Assembly: GCA_010356995.1 (NCBI GenBank) | Contig: ML996689.1 | Location: 638,691-702,690, forward strand | Reading direction: 5' to 3' | Source of the DNA: Trichodelitschia bisporula | Taxonomy: Eukaryota | DNA length: 64,000 nucleotides | Shown: positions 35,118 to 46,285 of the stretch, piece after piece | Position numbering within the stretch: the first letter of the stretch is position 1 | Layout: each line of letters opens with the position of its first letter | Translations under genes and position numbers: made by a program | The notes under the pieces: model-generated | The model's input: the letters and a program-made list of their open reading frames with translations, nothing else | What the model was told of the DNA's origin: nothing | Databases searched by the model: none

Positions 35118-36151
35118 TTACAAGCTGGTCAGGTAATCCTCAACCTCTTGCGAACTCAGCTTGCGGAACCGCGGGCCCTGCACACCTTCTTGCCCTTCGA
35201 AGCCAAGCAGCCTGTCCTCGGGTGGCCCGACGATACCTGCGGTGGTTAGCTTGATAAGGCCGCTTTCGGGTATGTTCCTCACCTATCTCCACGGTATCAC
35301 CGTTCATCTCGCCCTCGATCGTCTCCTTGAGCGTCAGAAGGGCAATGTGGATTGCGTCCTCCAGCTCCAGACCCTCGGTGTACCGCTTCTCCAGGAACGT
35401 CTTCGCGCTCGTCGCACTCTTGCCAATCGCCGTCGCCTTCCACGGGAAGTAGCTCCCGCTTGGGTCAACCTGATATAGGCTGGGGCCGCCCTTAAGAATG
35501 CCACCAGTCTTTCCTTGTGCTCGCGTCTTCTCTCCCTCAGACTCACCCTCCTTCGCCTGTGATTCCGGTTCGATTCCATCGTCCCACCCCGCAATCAACA
35601 GGGACACGCCGTACGGCCGAACACCTCCAGATTGTGTAGCCTCCTGCATGACCCGGGCAACATCCTGGACTAAGATGCGCGTGGGGGGGTACTCATTATA
35701 GATTCGCTTGTAGCCGGTGTGCGAGACTTTACGCGCCTTGTCGACGAGGACGCGGTAGTCGGGCCCCATGCCAGAATACACCATGCCGATGTTGGGGGTG
35801 ACGAGGTTGATCTTCGACGACGAGAGCGGGTCTATTAATGGGGAGGACGACTTCTTCTCGGTGGCCAGGACGACGCCATTCGTAGCTGTAGGATACCATT
35901 AGATTCACGGTAGAAATCCATAGCTGATTCCGACCTTTGATTCCTAACGACGTGACGCCCTGATTTACTGCGTTCAAGGCATACTCTGGGTTTCATCAGC
36001 AACTGGACTGCAACGCTGTGATAAAACACAATACCTATTTGAACGAGTTTGCCACTGGTGTACAGCATCAGCATTTGACCTCTCCGTAATTTGGGGGAGC
36101 TTCGTACCTGGGAGAGAAGGTCGTAAGGGAGAAGGAGTATCGGTCCGCCAT
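35118..36151 (-). CDS. PRE8: 20S proteasome subunit alpha-2, 5 exons
   Basis: [54 protein letters not shown] and [18 protein letters not shown]. Confidence 0.96.
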
Positions 36152-37359
36152 GTTGATAAGACACGCAACGAAAAGGCAGAACTAGTGCAAAGTGCTTCAG
36201 ATGGGACAAACGGTGGGGGTACGAGGGCGAAGTTAGTGTTGCTCTGATGTTGTCGGTTTGCGAGGTTGCAGGTCACCTCTAACTCCCGCGCCAGGCAGAG
36301 CTTCTGGCGCGCGGCCACCTGGCGGAAAGGCTCCGAGGTTTTGCCGCCGCTGGGTCCGAGCTCGAAGCTTTGACCAAGCGAGCTTTTATATTGGCCAAAA
36401 ACATTCAAAGTCTTCGCTTCCGACATCTCATATCACTACAACTCTCTCATGAAGCAGGCCTCGTGAACGACTTCAACTCGTCCTCCTCTCGATATTTCTG
36501 CTACGTAAAATGACTTTCATTGAGCTACCAACCGTCCGAAGGTGTTCCACAGACCAGTGTTCCGGCCCTTCAATGTTGAAGCATCAACTTTCTCTGAAAA
36601 TCACAACTTTCTTAAGCCGATCCGAAATACCTCCCGATAGGTACAGTAGGCCTAAAGGCGATGGTACAACTTCAGTGATCTCGATTATGAGAGCAAAAAT
36701 ATGGTTGCGAAACTCGGGAGACCCGTCACGGAGTTCGGCTTGAGACTGATGTACGCCCTACACCTCTGAGATGAAGTGCAGCGAACAGAAAGGCAAGAAA
36801 GGCTACGCTGCCGTCTACTCGATTGCAAGGTGAGGATAAGGATACAAATGATATCATGCGAAAACGGCAAGCAGGCGACTTTGGGTTGGAGTGCGTCTCA
36901 GTCACAGATGTTACTGCCGAATTACTCGCCATGTGCTTGCACCATTTGGGCAACGAATTTTTGAGCCCTTTTAGATCTTGTACTGCGTCCGAGCTCGAAG
37001 CTCTGGCCATTTGGCATGTGGCTGAGTCTTTGACCACGTTCGGGTCAACTTGCCCGGCCCCTGATAAGTCTGCATCACGACTTTACCTTCTGACAATCGC
37101 AACTTGCCGCTCCCACAATCTGCAGGTTGAGTGTTAATGACAGGATTTAAAGACTGACGTTTAGTTGAGCACTCATACCACTCTTTGCTCCTGATCATCT
37201 GACCATCCCGAACAACCGCCAACCTCTACGCGCAAAGATAAACTGTCCTTTTCCCGTTCATTCCCCAGTGCTCGTCAGCCCGCAATAAAACCCTGCATAC
37301 AATAGTTTGCGGGCCTAGTGAACGAGCACTCGCCTTCTCTCCCTGGAATTTCCCCACCG

Positions 37360-38438
37360 ATGACTGAGCCTAGGTTTCGAGGCGCCCCTGGTGGTTGGGA
37401 GTGGCCAGCAAACAGACCAGGCGCTCAACAATCAACCGGTCACTCAAACGGATCGGCTCGAAATGGAGATTCTGTAAAGCGTGAACCACCGGCCTCTGCT
37501 GCTGGCCCAAATCCTCAACCTCAGCGACGCCAAAGGACGCGCCACTGGAAACCCCGGACATGCCGGATATGCCTGGAAACGGTACTTCCTACCTACAATC
37601 CGCCGTCGGAGAATCTACCCGCTTTCTTGCAATCGACGCCTTCGGTTACTTACGAATCCGAGGATTCAGGGCGCCTGTTGCGGCCATGCAATTGCAAAGG
37701 AACATCGAAGTATGTCCATGAAGGCTGCCTGCAGGCGTGGCGACATGCAGACCCGGCATACTCACAGAGAAATTACTGGCAGTGCCCAACTTGCGGATAC
37801 AAGTACCGACTGCAAAGGTTGGGTTGGGGTCGGGTTATCAGCAGTATCGGTATGCAGCGTGCCTCATTTGGCCAGTTTACTAGCTGACATCATAAGCCGC
37901 TCAAGTCACACTCACCGTGGCTATTCTTGCTCTGACTGTTTTCTTGCTCGGCTTCTTCGCTGATCCCATTATCGCCTTCTGTCTTGACCCCTATGGCGCC
38001 CTCTTTCCATTTATGGGGCGCACGTATTATGACGTTCTGGAGGATGACGGTTCTGGCTCTGGATGGACGCAGCATTTCGCCAAAGGACTGGCATCTTTGG
38101 GCTTGGTGAGCTTCTTTAAGGTCATGTTCGCGTCGCCATGGCGGTTCTTCTTCCGGAGCACCGACATTGGTGGAGGCAGAAGGGGAACGACCGGGAGAGA
38201 CAGGATCTCTAATGTAACGTGGATCCTCATCCTCGCTGGAGTTGCGAGCTTTTTATACGTAAGTGGGCATCGTGGCGAAGCTGAGGTTAGAGGACTGACA
38301 AACTAGGCTGTGTGGAAAGGTGTGCGCGCCTGGAGCCGCCGAACGCTCGAAAAGGCAGGAGAAAGGGTCATGGATGTCAAGGGGGATGAGGACAATGATG
38401 ATAGTGACGATGATACAACAGAGATAAAGACCGAGTAG
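37360..38438 (+). CDS. RING-CH (RINGv/MARCH-type) membrane E3 ubiquitin ligase, 3 exons
   Basis: CRICLE...RPCNCKGTSKYVHEGCLQAW...CPTC, followed by hydrophobic segments. Introns at about 37850-37896 and 38259-38306. Confidence 0.9.
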
Positions 38439-39173
38439 GTTCCCAGGGGTGGAGCCGTTTGACTTCTTCTTTCTTTACGACGCGGAGATCGCTTCCACGT
38501 CATATCGCGAAACTCATAATGCATCGAAGAACATGAAGGCAATTTAGCATTGAAGACGCGATCACTGAGCTCCTGGTCGCAATGTAGTCATAGACGAGGC
38601 ATGAACAACTGTCGCTAAACCTTTCCCTTTGGACAGCAATTGGTAACCCAGTCCCATTCTGTTGGGTCTTGCGCTACGTTTCGGGCTTTGGTCGCGCAAA
38701 CCCATAGACCTGCATAAAGCTTTCGGTTTATGAACTGCAGTGTCATTGAGATTGCCTCTTGACTTCCATTTTAGCTCTTGCTGGATCACAGATTTAGATA
38801 TCTCAAAAGATACACAGGCCGCAGACCATAAGTGGTTAGCCTGCTCGAGGACGCTAGTTGGTGGGGTTAGGCGTCACCCGCACCCGCGTCAGGGGAACCC
38901 GGCTTCGAGCGCGGCCCAGGGACTGGCTCATCGTTTACCAGACCCCAGCCCGCAGCAACAAACAAGCATCCGTGAATTGGCACAACATTCTCGAGCCCTC
39001 AATCTTGAACAATCTTCCTATCTAGCACGTCTTGTACTATCAGTTGCCGTCGTTGTTCGTTGCGTCGTCCGAGTTCTCCACAGCTTGCAGCTCGCGCTGG
39101 AGCTCTCCTCAATGGGCACGCACTTTCTTACTGCCACCTCCCTAGCGTCACATCGTTATTCCAGGCGGCGGCG

Positions 39174-41395
39174 ATGAAGCCCTCGCCGGATTGGTCTCGG
39201 ATGAGTACCTTGGATCTCAACGATCCAAGTACTGAGAATGGTGAAGAGATGGACCAGAAGTCTCCGAAGAGCGAAGAGGAGGAGGATGGGCGCTTGGTAG
39301 TTGGAGTCGATTTTGGGACGACATATTCTGGGTATTAGCCCCTGCTTTCGCTTTGGCACGCCGTGGCTGATGTAGTACCGTACGCAGTGTCGCCATCGTG
39401 TACAGCAAAAATCCCGAAGAGATAGACGTTATCAAAGAGTATACCTCCCCATCCTCCGTATCTTATCCCCGAGTACCCACCAATCGCGTTTAATAGCTGG
39501 CCAGGCGGAAATGGGATCACGTCCGACAAAGTTCCTACAGAGATAGGCTACGTATCGGCGAGCAACGGCAATGCAAACGGCGCCAGCAACACCAACGGTG
39601 CTAGGGGTACAAACGGCGCCAAAGGTTCCAATGGTCTCAACACAAATGGGTCGAATGGCACGAATGGTTCCACCAACACAGCCGAAGATACAGGCCCGAA
39701 GACAATCAAGTGGGGGTTCCAGTTTAAGCCAGAAGAACCTCGCCTGAGATGTATCAAGCTCTTCCTGGATCGCAATCAGCGCCTACCGCACTTTGTCTCG
39801 CCACTAGATACCGCCGCTCAGTTGCGAAAATATGACAAAACAGTCAACGATGCAGTATCCGACTACCTCACCCAAATCTACAACCACACAATCGACTCAC
39901 TGACAAAGCGTTACGGAGAGACCTTCATTGCAAAGACGAGGCTGGAATTCGTCCTTACGGTGCCGGCGGTCTGGTCCGACTCGGCAAAGAACGCCACTCT
40001 GCTGGCCGCCGAACGCGCCGGTATGGGCAGTCGACACGACTTGAAGCTGATATCGGAGCCAGAAGCGGCAGCCGTCTACACTCTCAAAGCCATTCAGCCG
40101 AACCATCTGAAAGTCGGGGACAACTTCATAGTCTGCGATGCTGGCATGTATCCCTCCCCGTTTAGCGGAAATGACTAACCATCAAAGGGGGTGGCACTGT
40201 CGATCTCATCGCGTACAAGATTATTCAGCTTGCGCCATTGCGCGTCGAGGAATCGGCTGTCGGCACTGGCGGCTTGTGTGGCTCAGCCTTTTTGAACTAC
40301 AGGTTCGAGGACCATGTTAGAACTCGCATTGGCGAGGAGCGGTACAACAATATGCGCGAGAAGAAGGCGAAAACGTGGAACATGGGGTTGAAGTATTTCG
40401 AGGAGTTTGTAAAGCGCAATTACGACGAGAATGAGGAGCAAGAGATCAATGTTCCATTCCCTGGTTTGCCGGATGACGAAGAGGCCGATATCGACTGCGG
40501 CTTCATGCTCATGCGCAACGACCAGATAAAAGGCATACTTGATCCTGTCATAAAGGAGGTCATTCAGTTGGTCGAGGGTCAGGTGGAGACGATCCGCTCA
40601 AGAGGGGGTATCGTTGCCGGGATCGTGCTCGTCGGTGGGTTCGGTCAGTCGAACTACATGTACAAACAGATGAAGTCCCACTTCAACGCTGCTCCGCCTC
40701 CGCCGTACTCTGAGAGGCCTTCTCATTCCGTTCCGATTCCCCTCCACCAGCCCATCGAGGTCATGCACCCGTAAGTATGCGCGAGATTCCTTTTCTCTGC
40801 TAACGTTGTAGGATGTATGCATGGACTGCTGTTGTCCGAGGCGCAGTCATCCGTGGCTTGGAAGGTAGTATGGTCATCTCAAGAAGGAGTCGCTGGCATT
40901 ACGGGACTAGTTACGCCACTGTATTTGACGAAACGAAACACCCTGTAAAAGATCGATACTGGAGTCCATTATGGGAAAGGTGGATGGTGAGCGACAGAAT
41001 GCAATGGCATATTGCAAAGGTAGGCATATCGCTCTTAGTGAACCCAGTGCTAATGTCATCAGGGTGCTCAAGTGTCAGAGTCGGAACCCATCTCATTCCA
41101 CTACACCCGCAATTTCCGTCCGGGCCAGTCTCTCGTGGTTGAAGACGATTTGATTGCATGCTCCGATGATGAGGCCCCGGACGCCTACAGCAAGGAACTG
41201 ATCCATGTGTGCACGTTGACGACGGATCTCAGGGCTGTGCCAAAGAATCTGTTCACTCGACTCACAACAACCAAGGGCGTCGAGTTTGATAACCTGGACT
41301 TCTCGCTCGACATGCGTGTACAAAGTGCTGGCCTGGTGTTCGAGCTCCGTGTGGAAGGGGTGAGATATGGTGCGGTCGAGGCAAAGTTCCACTAG
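39174..41395 (+). CDS. Atypical Hsp70 (HSPA12-like actin-fold ATPase), 6 exons
   Basis: VGVDFGTTYSG, SDKVPT, LTVPAVWSD, LISEPEAAA, VCDAG|GGTVDL, VLVGGFGQS and AWTAVVRGA. Confidence 0.9.
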
Positions 41396-42166
41396 GTCTG
41401 GTGGAAGCGGTTTGACATTGTAGGAATTGCGGAGTCGGAATGAGTGCGCGCTGGGGTTTTTACTGGGGGGCGGTTGGTTTCGGTACATCGGTCTGGCTGG
41501 GCTATCTTGAAGAGCTGCGGCCTCAAAATCTGGTGCCTCTGTGATGGATAATGTTGGGACTTGTGCGTTGGATGGAATCCGTCTACTGCTTTGGCTTGGT
41601 TTGTTCCTCGGCCAGTCTTCCAATCTTCTTCACCGTTCTTGGAGGGATCTCCATGTACTTGGTGGGATCCGGGTTCATAATTTACACTTAGAATGTTTGG
41701 GTAACGAGGGCCGTCCGTTCTCGCGATCTCGCCCAGTAGCGCTTGCTGCGACGAGGCTGCCCAACTGAGCAATGGCTACCTAAAAAGAAGTTATGAGCTC
41801 TCTTTCCCCCAGATTTACGTGAGATGCCATCCACAACTTTTCGAGTGGCCCGTGGTTGATAACACCTTTATCACGTGATATGGTACCTTATCGATAGAAG
41901 CGCGTGCAAGACGCCGTGGACGCGTCCGTAAACATCAGCGAGCGCTCAGTATTTTTGCCTCAGCAGCCAAGCAGCTACACTTTGGTCTCCCGCGCTCTTT
42001 TCGAACCGTTAAACTCCAACTCGGCATCTCTTGTTCACCAGGCTTTCGAACGTTATTCTCGTCTGGATCCTGTACGGCCAGCCAACGCCTTGCGCCACAA
42101 GTCTCCTACAAGTGTACCCCGACCGCTGAGCATTCGTTTCCTTGGATCCTGAACCGAAACCACATT

Positions 42167-43082
42167 ATGGCGCGCACAGCTCGCAGAAGTAGCGGACACC
42201 GGAACGCCTTGAACGATTCAACTCAAGGCCCCTCCAATGCCACACCTAGCACCAGCAACCCGAGAAAGCGCAAGCCCGATGCTTTCAACCGTTCCGAACA
42301 CGAGTCTGGCCAGGGCCCCCGCAAGCGTACTACTACCATCGCCGAAATGGAGCAACGAACCCGATACGTCGACCAGGAGGTCATCGAGAAGGAGTGGAAG
42401 CCTTTACCAGAACCGATGCAAAATCAAGTCAAGGAGATAATCACAGCGGCCAAGCGAGTCGCACTTGGAAGGACAAGCAACCTGCGGGCGAGAGCAGAGG
42501 CGGATGCTGTGCTGGAGCGCGTGGCCACGAAGCTAGCGAAGCGCGTGCCCCGCATGCCTTTCCCACTACAGGCACTGAAAGCCCCGGTAAAGGGGGGTTG
42601 GTTCGATGGGGATGGATCTGGAGCGCGAAACCGGGCCTTGGAAGCGGAATTGAGGACAATTACACATGCTGCTGAACTTCTCAAAGCGGAGATAGCGCGA
42701 GAGGAGGTTAGGCTGCGTGAAAGCCGCCAGGCGCTGGGGAGGCTGAAGAGCGAAGCAGTAGAGGAGACCAAAACTCTGGAACAGCGGGCGAATAATGTTT
42801 GTATTGCCGTTTCTTTTTCCGTATCAAGCTTGCTAACCTTAACAGGTCCATCCCGTGTTGCAACGACTATCGGCCACCACAAACGCCTACGATGGGGCCG
42901 ACTCTATCGGATTCACTCCCAGCGGCTTTCCAGACGATCACCGATCCGAGGTCTCTGATCCCAGTTGGGAATCTTTGCTGTCGCACTTGAGAGAACACCT
43001 CAAGCGTGCCCAGGTCAATCGCCGGCCGATGGAAGGTAATGGGAATCCAACTAGGAACCCTATGAGGCTTCGAAATACGTAG
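42167..43082 (+). CDS. Kinetochore protein, CENP-Q/Okp1/Fta7-like (3' end uncertain)
   Basis: TRYVDQEVIEKEWKPL, LAKRVPRMPFP, coiled-coil RALEAEL...LLKAEIAREE, then VHPVL after the intron at 42797-42845. This resembles the fungal CENP-Q pattern as I recall it. Confidence 0.65.
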
Positions 43083-43806
43083 TGATCAAATATACCCAGC
43101 GTTCGGTTTGACCTGTCTCTGGGCACATGACTCCCAGTTGACGTTGCGGTCAAAATTCACCGATTGCTATTCTTATGCTTGCTTTTTTTGTCTGGGCCCA
43201 AATCGGACTTCTGTCGTACAGCCTATGTAAACAGCGCCTAGCTGCAGGGCGAGCAGACCGGAGATCTTCCTCAAGTTAACGCCTTGCAGGTGAGACCAGA
43301 AGGCGAACTACTACAGCAAAAAGAACAATCGGCCATGAGTATGGCGCAGCGCCGGAAGTGCCACCGGTAGAGAGCACTGGCGCACATGGTAATGCAAATT
43401 GCTGGTAAAGGCCATGGGACTGAATGCCATTTGGTTCGCTGGAACTTACGTAGGATATCCAGATCGTGCTGAGCTTGCGCCCAAGTCAGTGAGGCTGAAT
43501 TTTCTGTTTCTGACTGCCTTCAACTGCGGTAAGCCCTGCCACCTCGGCCCGTCGGGACCCTTGCCCCTCCACCCATCGCCGCTTCAAGCAATCCCGCTGT
43601 CCGACAACTCTCCATCTTTGCGCCCAATTTCACGTCGCGTGGACCACAGACACCAGCCTGACAGCATCCCTATATCACCTCATACGCCTCGATAGCCCTC
43701 GTACGCCACTGTCGTCGCGGAAGACCACCTCCACACCCGACTGCGTAACAATACCCGCCTGGTACCCCCGGGAACACCCTGTGCATTCCATAAATACACG
43801 ACTTTG

Positions 43807-45743
43807 ATGAAAGAGGTCGCACAACGTCCCGCCACCGAGGACTCTAATGGCGCAGCCTCGCAAAGCATGAGCTCTGACGGCACGGAAAAAGAGACCGATC
43901 CCAATAACGGACGGGCGCCGCAGCGGGCGGCGTCGTCTGGTACGGGTGAGAATGGAGTGGGGAAGGCGTCCAAGAAGCGGCGCAAGGTCAATCACGGTTC
44001 GTGGGCGCTTCCTCCCTCGTAGCAAGTACGCAAAGCCTTTTAAATGCATTCGCTGACGGGTGTCCGTGTGTGGAACAGCATGTATCTACTGCCGACGTTC
44101 GGTGAGTCCTCTTCCCCCCGCTTCCGTCCATTCAATGGCAGCTCCTTGCGCCCCGGCGCTCGATAATGACCATTTGCTGATTATGGACATTTATCGGTTG
44201 TAGCATATGACTTGCGATCTGGTGAGTGCTGCCAAACATGATGTAGGAGGCGGATCGAACAACCGGCTGAACCAGGGATTTGTTGAGTAGGAAAGACCTT
44301 GTACGCGATGCATTAAGCGGAACATCGGCCACATGTGCCATGACGAACCCCGGGAGCCAGCAAAGAAAGCAAAATCAGAGAGCGGAGCTGCGGCAGGGGA
44401 AGCCGATGGCCAACCGAAGCTTGATACCTCCGCACCTGAAGCTGTTCTCAACCCTTTAGATCCCAATAGGCAGGATGCAGGGCTCAACCTGACCCAAATG
44501 CCCCAAAATAGGGCTGCCAGCACAACTGCTCTGATCCAGCCTACGCCGGTTCCTGCGCCACACCATTCCGCAATGTCAACTAGCAGTATGTTGCCTGCTT
44601 TGGACGGTTATGACGCTAACAGTTCCGTTCAATAGTGCTGAGCTATCCGGGTTGGGGTGTGGACTCACAGAGCAACCTTGTACAGGATATGCACAACTTT
44701 CACCCATCATACATGTTCAACACCTCCGAAGTATCTAACGAATACAACCTGCTCAACAGCTTCCTCAACAACAGCCTTCTGGAAAATGACGGCCTTTATC
44801 CGAGCGACGAGGTCAACAATCTCTTCACGGACCCGTCGTTGACCTCATCAATCCATCCAATGCAAAACAACAACCCTTCATTGCTGATGCCGAATCAGCA
44901 AGTGAACCAAATGCCTCCGCCCTCGCAGGCGGCTGCTGGGAATTCTATCTCGCGGCCCTCGAGTGCCTTCCCGATCGACAAGGCGCGGGAAGCCTACTAT
45001 ATGACGGCCGCAGATCCGGCAGGGTCGGAAGCACCCGAGGAGCGTTTGAAGAAGCTGCTCAAGGCGAAATATGACGCAGGCATGCTGAAGCCATTCAACT
45101 ACGTCAAGGGCTACGCAAGGCTGAACACATATATGGAGACCCACTTGCATCCCTTTTTCCGGACCAAAATCATTCGTCAACTCGACCAATTCCGTCCCAA
45201 GTTTCGTGAGCGCATACAGTCCTTGACGGATATGCAGTTAGTGTACGTGGAGATGGCCTTTGAGAGGAAACTGATGGAGTACGATCGCGTCTTTGCAAGC
45301 ATGGCGGTGCCCGCATGTTGCTGGCGGCGCACGGGAGAGATCTTCAGAGGCAATAAGGAGATGGCGGAGCTAATCCATGTCCCGATCGATCACTTGCGTG
45401 ATGTGAGTCTCCTTTCTGCCTCTTCAGGATGCATTTTCTAACCGCAGAACGAAGGGTAAAATCGCGATCCACGAAATATTCGTTGAAAGCTCTCTTGTCA
45501 GCTACTGGGAGAATTTCGGCACCATCGCTTTCGACCACACCCAAAAGGCGATCTTAACGGCTTGCACACTGAAGCCACGACAGCGGGAGTCTGAATCAAA
45601 TGAGCCCATGCGTTGCTGTTTTTCATTTACCATTCGCCGTGATACCCACAATATGTGAGTGCAACCCGCTTTCTCCAAGCTCCGTCCTAACCGTGTCTAG
45701 TCCCACTCTGATCGTGGGAAATTTCCTTCCCATCTATGATTGA
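43807..45743 (+). CDS. acuM: Zn2Cys6/PAS gluconeogenesis regulator AcuM (Rds2-like), 7 exons
   Basis: KKRRKVNH|ACIYCRRS|HMTCDL|ERPCTRCIKRNIGHMCHDEPRE, LKPFNYVKGYARL, PACCWRRTGEIFRGNKEMAEL and PTLIVGNFLP. Confidence 0.88.
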
Positions 45744-46285
45744 GAAATAATGTACGACGGACCTGAATTGTACATACATATCGAGGTTTCGGGATTGGAA
45801 TCATGCATTCTTTGAATACAGGTTCGTTCGGAGTAGCTTTACATGGGCATTTGCAGGAGATGGTGCCACATGCAGATACGAGCTCGCTTGTTGACGATGT
45901 TATGGCAGTGTGTTTCTAAACGCCAGATGATGACTTTGAACTGCTTATGGTGTACATATGACTTCACGTTGGGCAAAGAGACAGTCGTTTATCATCCCCT
46001 TGCCTACAAATCAGCAGCACCGTGCTCCAGCTGACCGTCAGGTGCCGACCCAGTGTATGCCTGTTGCTGAAGATGAAAGGACTGTAATACACAACCTGAT
46101 GGCTTTGGCTCATAAAGCTTGTGGCATGGATCGACTACATCTCTTCAATTGAGTTTCTAGGGTTGTTTGGTCGTGACCTATGAGCCGCTAGGCAGGTATC
46201 TTCCCGAGGCCCTTCGCGCCTTCTCTTTCCACCTAACTTCACTCAACCTCACCACATCATCATCCTACTCGACAAGTTGGCTGCC

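Noticed and set aside
36340..36348. GGCGGCAAA (reverse) upstream of PRE8 as a PACE-like site
   Set aside because: One mismatch to the yeast motif, and the equivalent element in filamentous fungi may differ, so it cannot be supported.
36510..37222. Overlapping 60-104 aa ORFs between PRE8 and the RING-CH gene
   Set aside because: No homology recognised; the only intron-like signal spans 26 nt, which is too short.
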